A stretch of DNA of 64,000 bases, taken from Trueperaceae bacterium. GTDB lineage: Bacteria > Deinococcota > Deinococci > Deinococcales > Trueperaceae. Location: assembly GCA_965213925.1 (NCBI GenBank), contig OZ243927.1, positions 1,440,001-1,504,000 of the forward strand. Direction: 5' to 3'. Of the stretch, positions 20,577-29,157 are shown piece after piece; position 1 is the stretch's first letter; each line of letters begins with the position of its first letter. Position numbers and translations under genes: made by a program. Under the pieces are notes generated by a model. It searched no databases. It had not been told where the DNA came from and was given only the letters and a program-made list of their open reading frames with translations.

Positions 20577-20825
20577 CGCAGCAGGTATCATCTGGACACA
20601 GACGCTCCTACTCGAGAAGCCTCGATGAGCACGCACGTTGAAAGATGATACTTGCGCTATTTACGCTCAGTTGTTGTAGTGAACGCTGTAAGCCCGTTTA
20701 GCGGGCAAGTCCTGGGCGTCGTTCGGAAGCAGATTTCGACAACGTATCCAGGATTTATATTTGATACTAGTGGAACAATACGCTGTTCTTTGTGGTAAGG
20801 CGCAGTAGAGCAGTTGGAGGTTGAG

Positions 20826-21131
20826 ATGTTCGCAATTATTCAAAGTGGCGGCAAACAGTACCGCGTGGCGGAAGGGGACGTGCTGAAGCTCGAGTCCCTT
20901 AAAGCCGAGCCTGGCGATACCGTCGAGTTGCCCGTTATGATGTTGGGCGGCGACGAAGTCAAGGTCGGCGCACCCTTAGTGGACGGCGCTAACGTCAAGG
21001 CCGAGGTCGTCTCGCACGGACGCGGCAAGAAAATCTATATCTATAAGTTCAAGGCGAAGGCGAACTACCGCCGCAAAAACGGTCACCGCCAGCCTTACAC
21101 CGAAGTTCGCATCAGCGAGATTTCAGGCTAA
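20826..21131 (+). CDS. rplU: 50S ribosomal protein L21
   Basis: [14 protein letters not shown]...GHRQPYT; GGAGG RBS. Confidence 0.98.
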   Translation: MFAIIQSGGKQYRVAEGDVLKLESLKAEPGDTVELPVMMLGGDEVKVGAPLVDGANVKAEVVSHGRGKKIYIYKFKAKANYRRKNGHRQPYTEVRISEISG

Positions 21132-21149
21132 GTCCGTTAGGAGGACAAA

Positions 21150-21428
21150 ATGGCACATAAGAAGGGTGTAGGCAGTTCTAAAAACGGACGCGACAGCGAG
21201 TCGAAGCGTTTAGGCGTGAAGCGTTTCGAAGGTCAAGTTGTTCTCGCAGGTAACATTTTGGTGCGTCAGCGTGGCACGAAGTTCAAGCCTGGTAAGAATG
21301 TTGGGCAAGGCAACGACTTCACGCTCTTTGCGATGCGTGATGGTGTCGTGAAGTTCCACAACAAAGGCTCCAAAGGGCGCTTTATCAGCATCGAGAGCCA
21401 AGATTCAACCGCTATCGCAGCGGACTAA
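21150..21428 (+). CDS. rpmA: 50S ribosomal protein L27
   Basis: [24 protein letters not shown]...ILVRQRGT. Confidence 0.98.
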   Translation: MAHKKGVGSSKNGRDSESKRLGVKRFEGQVVLAGNILVRQRGTKFKPGKNVGQGNDFTLFAMRDGVVKFHNKGSKGRFISIESQDSTAIAAD

Positions 21429-21446
21429 GAGAATTGCGAATACGAG

Positions 21447-21475
21447 GACGCGAGGGTCAACCTCGCGTCTTTTTT
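21447..21475 (+). terminator. Rho-independent terminator after rpmA
   Basis: gacgcgagg-gtcaa-cctcgcgtc then a T-tract. Confidence 0.8.
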
Positions 21476-21508
21476 CTGCTTAAAAGGTAGATAGAAGAGG
21501 GTTATGTC

Positions 21509-22795
21509 ATGGCACTACGAGACGTTCTCGACATCACAGTTCAAGGGGGCAAGGGCGGTGACGGCGGTATGTCGTTTTTGCGTCTTAAATATGTGCCTAA
21601 AGGTGGACCCGACGGCGGGCATGGCGGGGACGGCGGGAGTGTGTACTTAGAGGCCGTCGATGACGTGTCCTCTTTAGAACGCATGGTCGGGCAGCGGCTC
21701 TATAAAGCGCAAACGGGTGGACAGGGCGAGGGACGTAACCGAGCGGGCGCGAAGGGTGAAGACATCACGCTCAAGGTTCCTGTCGGCACGCTAGCGACCG
21801 ACTTGGATACAGGCGACGTGCTCGCGGACCTCTTAGAGGTCGGGCAGCGCGCGCTCGTCGCGCAAGGCGGACTCGGCGGACGCGGCAATACCTCGTTCGC
21901 GACGGCGCGTCGGCAAGCGCCACGTTTTGCGGAATTTGGCACCAAAGGGGAGAAGCGGCGCGTCAGGCTCGAGCTGCGCACGATCGCCGACATCGGTTTG
22001 GTGGGCTACCCGAACGCGGGTAAGTCGAGTTTGTTAGCCGCACTCTCCAACGCCAAGCCGCAGATTGCCTCGTATCCTTTCACGACGCTGAGCCCAAACT
22101 TAGGTATCGTCGAGCGCGGGCACGAGCGTTTTACTTTGGCGGATATCCCCGGTATCATCGAAGACGCGCATAAGGGCAAAGGGCTAGGGCTGGAGTTTTT
22201 GCGGCACATCTCGAGGACGCGCTTGCTCGTCTTTGTCCTTGACATCGCCGAGTCACCCGCCGACAATTTAGAGGCGCTCCGGCGCGAGCTGCGCGAGTAT
22301 GACCCGCTCCTTTTAGACCTGCCCGCGCTCGTCGTGCTGAACAAGACGGACCTTGCGGCTGAAGAGGAGGTGGAGGAGATTATTGCTACCTTGACGCCCT
22401 TCGGACTACCCGTGTTGGCGGTGTCGGCGCTGGAAGCGCAAAACTTAGACGCCTTGCGGCAGAGCCTTTTCGACCTGCTGCCGCAGCGTTCGGAAATCGC
22501 GCCGATCAGCTCTACACCCACGAAAGTCGTGGTGGACCCCGTACGCGTTGTACAAGAGGACGGGCTTTGGCGCGTTACGGGCTCTGAAATCGAGGCCGTC
22601 ATCTCGCGCTTTAGCCCGACGAACCCCGAAGCGGTCGCCTACTTGCAGCACCACTTCGCCTCGTTGGGCGTCAACAAGCTGCTCAAACGAGCGGGCGCGC
22701 AAGACGGCGACGATGTGGCGATAGGCGACGCTGTTTTTGAGTACTTTGACGAAGATAAAACGAGGGGTGCAGGCGTACAAAACGAGGTAAGCTAA
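21509..22795 (+). CDS. obgE: GTPase ObgE/CgtA
   Basis: Gly-rich Obg domain; [23 protein letters not shown]-terminal OCT domain. Confidence 0.97.
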   Translation: MALRDVLDITVQGGKGGDGGMSFLRLKYVPKGGPDGGHGGDGGSVYLEAVDDVSSLERMVGQRLYKAQTGGQGEGRNRAGAKGEDITLKVPVGTLATDLDTGDVLADLLEVGQRALVAQGGLGGRGNTSFATARRQAPRFAEFGTKGEKRRVRLELRTIADIGLVGYPNAGKSSLLAALSNAKPQIASYPFTTLSPNLGIVERGHERFTLADIPGIIEDAHKGKGLGLEFLRHISRTRLLVFVLDIAESPADNLEALRRELREYDPLLLDLPALVVLNKTDLAAEEEVEEIIATLTPFGLPVLAVSALEAQNLDALRQSLFDLLPQRSEIAPISSTPTKVVVDPVRVVQEDGLWRVTGSEIEAVISRFSPTNPEAVAYLQHHFASLGVNKLLKRAGAQDGDDVAIGDAVFEYFDEDKTRGAGVQNEVS

Positions 22796-22897
22796 GTACT
22801 GTGATACTTGCACCCATATCCCCTCCCTCAAAGGGGTACACTCCTGCGGTGAGGGTCGTTGCGGGGATTAAAGGGTGAGGTTTCGCATGGTGATGAA

Positions 22898-23491
22898 GTG
22901 AGGCTTGGGCTCTTCGGTGGACGCTTCGACCCGGTGCACGCCGGTCACCTCATGGTGGCGCAGTGCGCGCTAGAGTCGCTGGAACTCGGCGAGCTGTGGT
23001 TCATTCCCGCCAAGACGCCGCCTCACAAAGAGGCTGCCGCCGCCCCCGAGAAGCGCTTCGAAATGCTCCTACTCGCCACCAACGCGCATCCTCAGTTTCG
23101 CGTGAGCCGCTTAGAAACCGGGCGTACAGGCGCGTCTTACACCTTCGACACGGTGCGTGAGGTTCGCGCCCAACGACCTGAAGACGAGCTTTTCTTTATC
23201 ACAGGCGTAGACGCCTACGCTGAGATTGCCAGTTGGTACCGCGCCCGCGAGCTTGTTTCTTCGGTTTCAATGGTTGCGCTGAACCGCCCCAGCTATTCGC
23301 TTGGTAAGGTCGAACCCTATTTTAAGGAGAGAGTCCGCCTTTTAGACACGCCGCGGTGGGAGGTCTCGAGTACCGAGATTCGCCGCCGCCTAGCCAACGG
23401 CGAGAGCGTTCGTTATCTTGTCCCCCAACCCGTGGAGAACTACCTTGCAAAAAACCCTCTTTACCATGAACAGCCCCTGCACCAGAAGTAG
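22898..23491 (+). CDS. nadD: Nicotinate-nucleotide adenylyltransferase
   Basis: GLFGGRFDPVHAGH, PPHK, SYTFDT, FFITGVD, VSSTEIR; start uncertain (22859 or 22898). Confidence 0.93.
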   Translation: MRLGLFGGRFDPVHAGHLMVAQCALESLELGELWFIPAKTPPHKEAAAAPEKRFEMLLLATNAHPQFRVSRLETGRTGASYTFDTVREVRAQRPEDELFFITGVDAYAEIASWYRARELVSSVSMVALNRPSYSLGKVEPYFKERVRLLDTPRWEVSSTEIRRRLANGESVRYLVPQPVENYLAKNPLYHEQPLHQK

Positions 23492-24038
23492 CGTGCAGCC
23501 CTACTGCGCGCGCGTCAAAGAGATGGTCAGCGCGAAGCGTTTCGAGCACATCATCCGCGTCGCTGTCCTCGCGGAGACGATCGCGAGGGCGAACGACTTT
23601 TCTGAAGATGAACTTCGGGCGACGAGCCTCGCGGCGACGCTTCACGACGTCGCGAGAGACCTTCCCCCGGACAAGATGTTCGCGCTCGCGCCCCCCGAAA
23701 CGGAGTTGGAGCGAAAGCATCCCTTAGCCGTACACGGGCGCGCGGGCAGGCGCATCATCGAAGGCTGGGGCGTGAACGACGCGCGCGTGCTCGACTCGGT
23801 CGAGGGGCACGTCTTCGGCGTCTCCCACGATAACCGCATCGGCATGGCGGTCTACATCGCCGACGTGTCCGAGCCGGGGCGCGGCGTCAACGCCGACATC
23901 CGCGAGTTAGCCATGCACAACCTCTTCCGGGCGTACCAGCGGGCGGTCAACTCCAAAGTGAATTACCTGCGCTCGAGGGGCAAAGCGGTTCATCCCGCTA
24001 CGATGAAGGTCTATAGGGAGATATGCGGTTCAGCTTAG
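23466..24038 (+). CDS. yqeK: HD-domain Ap4A hydrolase (YqeK)
   Basis: RFEHIIRV, LHDVAR, HG, YIADVSEPGR; follows nadD. Confidence 0.85.
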   Translation: MNSPCTRSSVQPYCARVKEMVSAKRFEHIIRVAVLAETIARANDFSEDELRATSLAATLHDVARDLPPDKMFALAPPETELERKHPLAVHGRAGRRIIEGWGVNDARVLDSVEGHVFGVSHDNRIGMAVYIADVSEPGRGVNADIRELAMHNLFRAYQRAVNSKVNYLRSRGKAVHPATMKVYREICGSA

Positions 24039-24056
24039 AGTTGATCAGCTCAGGGT

Positions 24057-25358
24057 TTGTACGAGGGGACGAAGCGGAAGCGCGTGCGTAACTTTAGCCG
24101 TTTCATCCAGGTGCTCGGCATTTTGATAGGGCTCGGCGGTGTCGCAGGTTTCTGGCTCACCCAGGACGTGCAGCGCACCATCTTGAGCGAAGAGCAAGCC
24201 GACCTCATCAACCCGAACAGCGAAGCGTTCCAAGCGAGCTTCGTGGTGGCTGGTCGCGACTACGACTACGAGCCAGCCGGCCCGATGGTCTGGAAAGATG
24301 GCAAGCTGCAGCGCTCGTATACAACAGAAGCGGAGCTGGGCTTTCGCACGGATACGATTATTTACGTCAATATTGTCGGCAACGACGTCTACATGGTCAA
24401 CATTCCTAGAGATCTCTACTTGCACGACTATGACGTCGGCATCAACGGTATCTACCAATATGGACCTGAAATTTTCGGTGGTATGAACCGCGCCGAGCAC
24501 GTGCGCAGAGCGGTTTCGGAACTGCTGGGCGTGCCGGTGGACTACTACGCGGTTATCAACATCGACATCTTCGAGAAGCTCGTAGACGCGGTTGGCGGCG
24601 TCGACTTAGACGTGCCCTATAGAATGTACTGGCAGGACCAAGCAGGCGGGCTCGACATCGATCTGCAACCGGGCTTTCAGCATCTAAATGGCGAGCAGGC
24701 GTCCGGGTTTATCCGCTACCGCCAAACCTTGCGCGGCGATATCGACCGAATCGACAACGTGAAAACGCTGGCAAGAGCGATGCTCGCCAAGCTCAAAGCG
24801 CAGAACGTGCGCGCGGTCGGCACGCTGCCTAAGTTGGTTGAGACGTACCTCGAGGAGGTCGACACCAACGTCAGCCCGGCACTGGTTTCAAAGCTCGTTC
24901 CCCGCCTCCCCAACCTAGAAATCGACGCCGCCACCTTGCCCATCAACGACGTCGAGGGCAGCGGACGTTACGTCGAAACGGACCGTCAGCGTACCGAGGC
25001 CTTTCTGGCGGATTTCTTCGGCGGCGAAGCGCGTAAGCTTACCCAAGCGCCTGAAGCGAGCGTGCGCATCTCGAACCGGAGCGGCGTACCCTCTTTGGCG
25101 GCGGAGGCGAAGCGCATCCTCGTGGGGTTGGGCATTCCGGAGGAACAGCTCAGCGTGGGGGAGGCTCCCCCTGTCGTTTCGTCACAGATTGTGACCACCG
25201 GACGCACGCTCAGCGCCGCAAGTTATTATGCCGACCTCACGGGGTTAGGCGTCCAGCAGATCGACCGCTTTGAACGCAGTGTTGACGCAGATATTGAGGT
25301 CGTTTTAGGTCAGGACGCCCGGGAGTTTTTCTACGCGCAGTTGGCGCAAGCGCCGTGA
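24057..25358 (+). CDS. LCP (LytR-CpsA-Psr) family protein with C-terminal LytR_C-like domain
   Basis: N-terminal TM; RTDTII, NIPRDLY, LVDAVGGV, LNGEQASGFIRYR...GDIDRI; tail DIEVVLGQD. Confidence 0.9.
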   Translation: MYEGTKRKRVRNFSRFIQVLGILIGLGGVAGFWLTQDVQRTILSEEQADLINPNSEAFQASFVVAGRDYDYEPAGPMVWKDGKLQRSYTTEAELGFRTDTIIYVNIVGNDVYMVNIPRDLYLHDYDVGINGIYQYGPEIFGGMNRAEHVRRAVSELLGVPVDYYAVINIDIFEKLVDAVGGVDLDVPYRMYWQDQAGGLDIDLQPGFQHLNGEQASGFIRYRQTLRGDIDRIDNVKTLARAMLAKLKAQNVRAVGTLPKLVETYLEEVDTNVSPALVSKLVPRLPNLEIDAATLPINDVEGSGRYVETDRQRTEAFLADFFGGEARKLTQAPEASVRISNRSGVPSLAAEAKRILVGLGIPEEQLSVGEAPPVVSSQIVTTGRTLSAASYYADLTGLGVQQIDRFERSVDADIEVVLGQDAREFFYAQLAQAP

Positions 25359-25472
25359 ATAAACGGTGAAGAGGTCCCGTGAAGAGGTAACCTTAAAACG
25401 CTTCTTTACAGGTTATGTTAGGGATAAGAAAAGGTTGATTAGAGCAGCGACACTCATGAGGAGGCAGTCAAG

Positions 25473-25865
25473 ATAGATACCGAACACGTTACACATCAAG
25501 CGAGTACAACCAACATTAGTACCGAAATTCCCCGCGAAGTCCAACTCATCGTGGACGCTTTGGACGATAAACGCGCCAAAGACATCGTCGTGATGGATTT
25601 GAGCACCGCTTCAGAAACACTCGACTACTTTATCGTCGCGTCGGGCGAGTCGGGCTTGCAGCTTAAAGCAATGGAAGACGGCGTCAAAGAGGCGCTCAAA
25701 GGGGCGGGCACGATGCCTAAGGCGGTAGAGGGCCCTTCGGGACGCTGGGTTCTGATGGACTACGGCTACATCACCGTGCACATTATGAGCCCGGACGCAC
25801 GGGAGTTTTACGACCTAGAAGGACTTTGGGCGGACGCGGAACGGCTCGAGATTGAACCCACCTAA
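25473..25865 (+). CDS. rsfS: Ribosome silencing factor RsfS (probable ATA start at 25473; first canonical codon is GTG 25551)
   Basis: ALDDKRAKDIVVMDL, DYFIVASG, WVLMDYG, REFYDLEGLWADA; GAGGAGG 8 nt before an in-frame ATA. Confidence 0.93.
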   Translation: MDTEHVTHQASTTNISTEIPREVQLIVDALDDKRAKDIVVMDLSTASETLDYFIVASGESGLQLKAMEDGVKEALKGAGTMPKAVEGPSGRWVLMDYGYITVHIMSPDAREFYDLEGLWADAERLEIEPT

Positions 25866-25878
25866 TTTATCTCTGTAA

Positions 25879-26220
25879 GTGGCGAGGCATTGGTCAGAAG
25901 AGGTCGCGCGGCGCTACTTAGAAAATGAGGGGTACGAGGTCTTAGAGACCAACTATACCTGTCGCCGAGGCGAGGTGGACCTCATCGTGCAAGAGGGCGA
26001 GGTCCTCGTCTTTGTCGAGGTCAAGCAGCGGAAAAGTACGCTGTACGGCACGCCCGCGGACGCCATCAGCCCTGCAAAAGTCGCCAAACTGCGCCACACT
26101 GCTCTGCATTACCTCATAGAAACACACGGACGTGACGACCTTCCGCTTCGTTTTGACGCCGTTCTTCTCACGGGTACGGACAAGAGATACAGTTTAGAGC
26201 ACCTTAAAGCGGTGTTTTGA
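25879..26220 (+). CDS. YraN/UPF0102 family putative endonuclease
   Basis: NYTCRRGEVDLI...LVFVEVK...RFDAV. Confidence 0.9.
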   Translation: MARHWSEEVARRYLENEGYEVLETNYTCRRGEVDLIVQEGEVLVFVEVKQRKSTLYGTPADAISPAKVAKLRHTALHYLIETHGRDDLPLRFDAVLLTGTDKRYSLEHLKAVF

Positions 26221-26254
26221 GGGGTCCGCCGCGCGGTTGTGGCATACTAGAGCG

Positions 26255-27823
26255 GTGAGCAAACAGAAGAAGGATAAAACGTCGGAGAAATCCTCAACTT
26301 CAGAGAAGAAGCACGTGGCGGTTATCGACCTCGGCTCGAACACGAGCAAGCTGGTACTCATGGAGTACGAGCCGGGGCGCTCCTACCGCCAGCTCGACGA
26401 AATCCGCCAACTGGTACGTTTAGCCGAAGGGATGGGCAAAGCCGACGTGCTGCGCGTGGACGCCGCGAAGCGGGCGATGCAGGCGCTCACGACCTTCGAT
26501 TCCTACTGCAAGGCGATAGGCGTGGAAGACATCTGCATCACCGCCACGAGCGCCGTGCGCGAGGCGACAAACGGCGAGAGCTTTTTGGACGAGGTCAGGA
26601 GCCGCACCGACTTAGAGCCGCGCATCTTATCCGATGAAGAGGAAGCCTATTACGAAGCCGTCGCCGCCGCGAACAGCCTCCCTTTCGACGACGCCTACAT
26701 CTTCGATATCGGCGGAGGTAGCGCCGAATTCAGCAAAATAGAGAAACGCAAGATGGTTCAAGCGAACTCCTACACCATCGGCGCACTGCGCATGACCGAG
26801 CAGTTTCTGACTTCCGACCCACCCAAAAAGAAAGAGGTCAAGGCGCTGAGGAGCCACATTCAGGACTTGATGGGCGACTTTAAGGACTGCGCCGAAGAGG
26901 TGCCCCTCATCGGCATGGGCGGCACCCTGCGTAACCTCGCCAAAATTCAAATCGACCGCGACGACCACTCCGGCGACCTCGTGCACCACTACGTCCTCAG
27001 CAAAGACGACCTAGAAGACATCACCGAAGACCTCTTGGACATGGAGGTCGAGGAGATAAGGGACGACGTGTCGGGGCTTAAAAGCGATCGCGCGGACATC
27101 ATCGCGGCGGGCGCGGTGACGGCTTTAGAGGTGCTCAACATCACAGGCGCGTCCAGCTACGTCATCTGCGACCAAGGCTTGCGCGAGGGGCTCTTCTACG
27201 GCTACCTCTTGGACAGAGACCCACCGCTTTTCGAGAGCGCCGAAGAACTCCGCGACTTTAGCGTGCGCAACCTGGAGCGGCTCTACTACGACAACGAGCC
27301 GCACAACGACCACGTCGAGCACCTCGCCCTGAACCTCTTCGACCAGCTTACCGAGCTGCACGGTTACGGCGACGCCGAAAGGCAGCTCCTCTCAGCGGGG
27401 GCGCGGCTACACGACATCGGCATGGCGATCACCTACAACGACCACGAGGAGCACGGTTTATACATCCTCATGAACCACACGTTGCCGGGGTTCGACCAGC
27501 GCGAGCAGGGGCTCATCGCCCTCTTAGTGCGCTACCACCGCGACGACGACTCGCCCGAGGACGAAGGGCTGGACGACCTCTTAAAAGACGGCGACATGGA
27601 ATGCCTCGCCAAACTCGCGGCGCTGCTGCGCTTAGCGGAATATTTAGAACGCTCTAAGGCGCAGAACGTGAAAGAGGTCAAGTGTCACATTGGGGAGGGA
27701 TACGTGCAAATCGAGGCGCTCTCCGACACGGACGTCACGATTGAGGTGCAGGAGGCGAACTTGCGCAGTGAGCTATTTGCGGAGGCGTACGGGGTCGAGG
27801 TGGAGATCGTGCAACGGTTTTAA
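26255..27823 (+). CDS. ppx: Ppx/GppA exopolyphosphatase with HD-like C-terminal domain
   Basis: IDLGSNT, ATSAVREA, EEEA, DIGGGSAE, GMGGT, RADII, GLREG, LHDIG; CATACT 6 nt before GTG 26255. Confidence 0.92.
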   Translation: MSKQKKDKTSEKSSTSEKKHVAVIDLGSNTSKLVLMEYEPGRSYRQLDEIRQLVRLAEGMGKADVLRVDAAKRAMQALTTFDSYCKAIGVEDICITATSAVREATNGESFLDEVRSRTDLEPRILSDEEEAYYEAVAAANSLPFDDAYIFDIGGGSAEFSKIEKRKMVQANSYTIGALRMTEQFLTSDPPKKKEVKALRSHIQDLMGDFKDCAEEVPLIGMGGTLRNLAKIQIDRDDHSGDLVHHYVLSKDDLEDITEDLLDMEVEEIRDDVSGLKSDRADIIAAGAVTALEVLNITGASSYVICDQGLREGLFYGYLLDRDPPLFESAEELRDFSVRNLERLYYDNEPHNDHVEHLALNLFDQLTELHGYGDAERQLLSAGARLHDIGMAITYNDHEEHGLYILMNHTLPGFDQREQGLIALLVRYHRDDDSPEDEGLDDLLKDGDMECLAKLAALLRLAEYLERSKAQNVKEVKCHIGEGYVQIEALSDTDVTIEVQEANLRSELFAEAYGVEVEIVQRF

Positions 27824-27824
27824 C

Positions 27825-28475
27825 ATGCGTATCAAGATTTGCGGTATTACCAGAGTTGAGGATGCTTTAGCAGCAGAAGAAGCGGGCGCGGACGCGGTTG
27901 GGCTCATCTTTGCGGAGAGGTCTAAACGCCGCATCACGCTAGGGCAAGCCGCTGAGATCAGTGAGGCGTTAGGTCCGTTTGTGGCTCGAGTCGGCGTTTT
28001 CGTCAACGCACCCATAGAAGAGGTCTTTGAAGCCGCGCGAACGCTCCGGTTGAGCGCGGTGCAACTCCACGGACAAGAGAGCGCTGAATACGCGGCGGAG
28101 CTTCGTCCACATGTCCAAGTGATTCGAGCCGTTTCATTTCACGCCGAACTTGACGTGAAGAGGCTAAAGGACTTTCCAGCAGATGCGTTTTTAGTTGACG
28201 GGCTTAAACCGGGGAGCGGCGAGCGTTTCGATTGGGGGCAAGCGAAGCGCTTGCAGACCTTACCCCGCTTTATCTTGGCGGGCGGCTTGTCACCTGAAAA
28301 CGTAGCGGAGGCGGTGCAGACCTTGAACCCTTACACGGTAGATGTCGCGTCGGGGGTGGAGGTGAGCCCCGGCATCAAGGAAAAACGCAAGATACAAGAT
28401 TTTGTACGCCAAGCGCGGCGAGCTGCCAGCGCAAAAGGTTATACACAAGGTTATTCACAGTTATCCACAGGTTAG
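27825..28475 (+). CDS. trpF: Phosphoribosylanthranilate isomerase
   Basis: MRIKICGIT, GADAVGLIF, VGVFVN, VQLHGQE, GSGERFDW, ILAGGLSPENV, VDVASGVE. Confidence 0.95.
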   Translation: MRIKICGITRVEDALAAEEAGADAVGLIFAERSKRRITLGQAAEISEALGPFVARVGVFVNAPIEEVFEAARTLRLSAVQLHGQESAEYAAELRPHVQVIRAVSFHAELDVKRLKDFPADAFLVDGLKPGSGERFDWGQAKRLQTLPRFILAGGLSPENVAEAVQTLNPYTVDVASGVEVSPGIKEKRKIQDFVRQARRAASAKGYTQGYSQLSTG

Positions 28476-28679
28476 CCGCAGCCTGTGGATAACGCATGAA
28501 GCCCCACGACGACGCAAAAACTCGACCTCAAAAGGCAGAAACGCTGTCTGTGACGCGATTTCTCGTTTTGTAAAGAATTTACGTTCGCCTAGCAGATTTG
28601 TCACCCCTTTGTCAAGCACAAAAGTTATCCACAGGTTTACGCGGACTTATCCACAGGGTTTGGCGTACACTTAGGCACA
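28439..28679. promoter_or_regulatory. DnaA-box cluster (candidate oriC or DnaA-titration locus)
   Basis: TTATACACA 28439, TTATTCACA 28451, TTATCCACA 28461, TGTGGATAA 28484, TTATCCACA 28625, TTATCCACA 28647, degenerate TTAGGCACA 28671. Confidence 0.8.
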
Positions 28680-28768
28680 ATATGGAGGCGAAACGTGACG
28701 CAACAGTGGGATTTTTGGCGTGTTAGGCAGATTTGGAATGCGAAGTATTTACGGATAGAAGACACAGT

Positions 28769-28941
28769 TTGTCACCCTGTTCACGCGAGTAGGGCGTTAG
28801 CTTTGCAAAGGACCTTTAAGAAAGCAATGAGTGAAAACCAAAAGACTTTTATTCATTGCTTGTTGCTCATTGCTCGCTACTTCCTAAAAATTCGCTCCGT
28901 TCAGAATGGCGTGATTCAGTTGTTACTTAACGATGTTCTCA
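28769..28941 (+). mobile_element. Decayed MITE copy interrupted by a heptamer-repeat hairpin (28823-28884)
   Basis: ttgtcaccctgttcacg matches the copy-1 interior; cgttcagaatg...ttaacgatgttc matches the right end; agcaatgag...ctcattgctc lies between them. Confidence 0.6.
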
Positions 28942-29145
28942 GTACACCGTCAACTAAATTCTGCGACGCCGTTGTCACCCCGAGCGAAGTCGAGGGGTCT
29001 CGCCTTGCAGTCTCAGTCAGAGGAGAAGGCAAGTTCAGAGATTCTTCGACTCCGCTTTGCTCCGCAAGGCTTAACGCGTCACTTCGTTCCCGCTGGCGAC
29101 TTCGTGAACAGAATGACACAACTCATTTTTTATCTAACGATGTAC
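28942..29145 (+). mobile_element. MITE-like dispersed repeat, copy 2
   Basis: GTACACCGTCAA...CTAACGATGTAC, flanks TCA/TTA, same internal blocks as copy 1. Confidence 0.8.
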
Positions 29146-29157
29146 TTAGGGGTTGCC

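Noticed and set aside
28695..29157. ORF 28695-29165 and N-terminal extension of the carboxylase from 28933
   Set aside because: Both are read-throughs of repeat elements; the same applies to ORFs 13370-13555, 37724-38125, 37944-38252, 48173-48397 and the 41789 extension.
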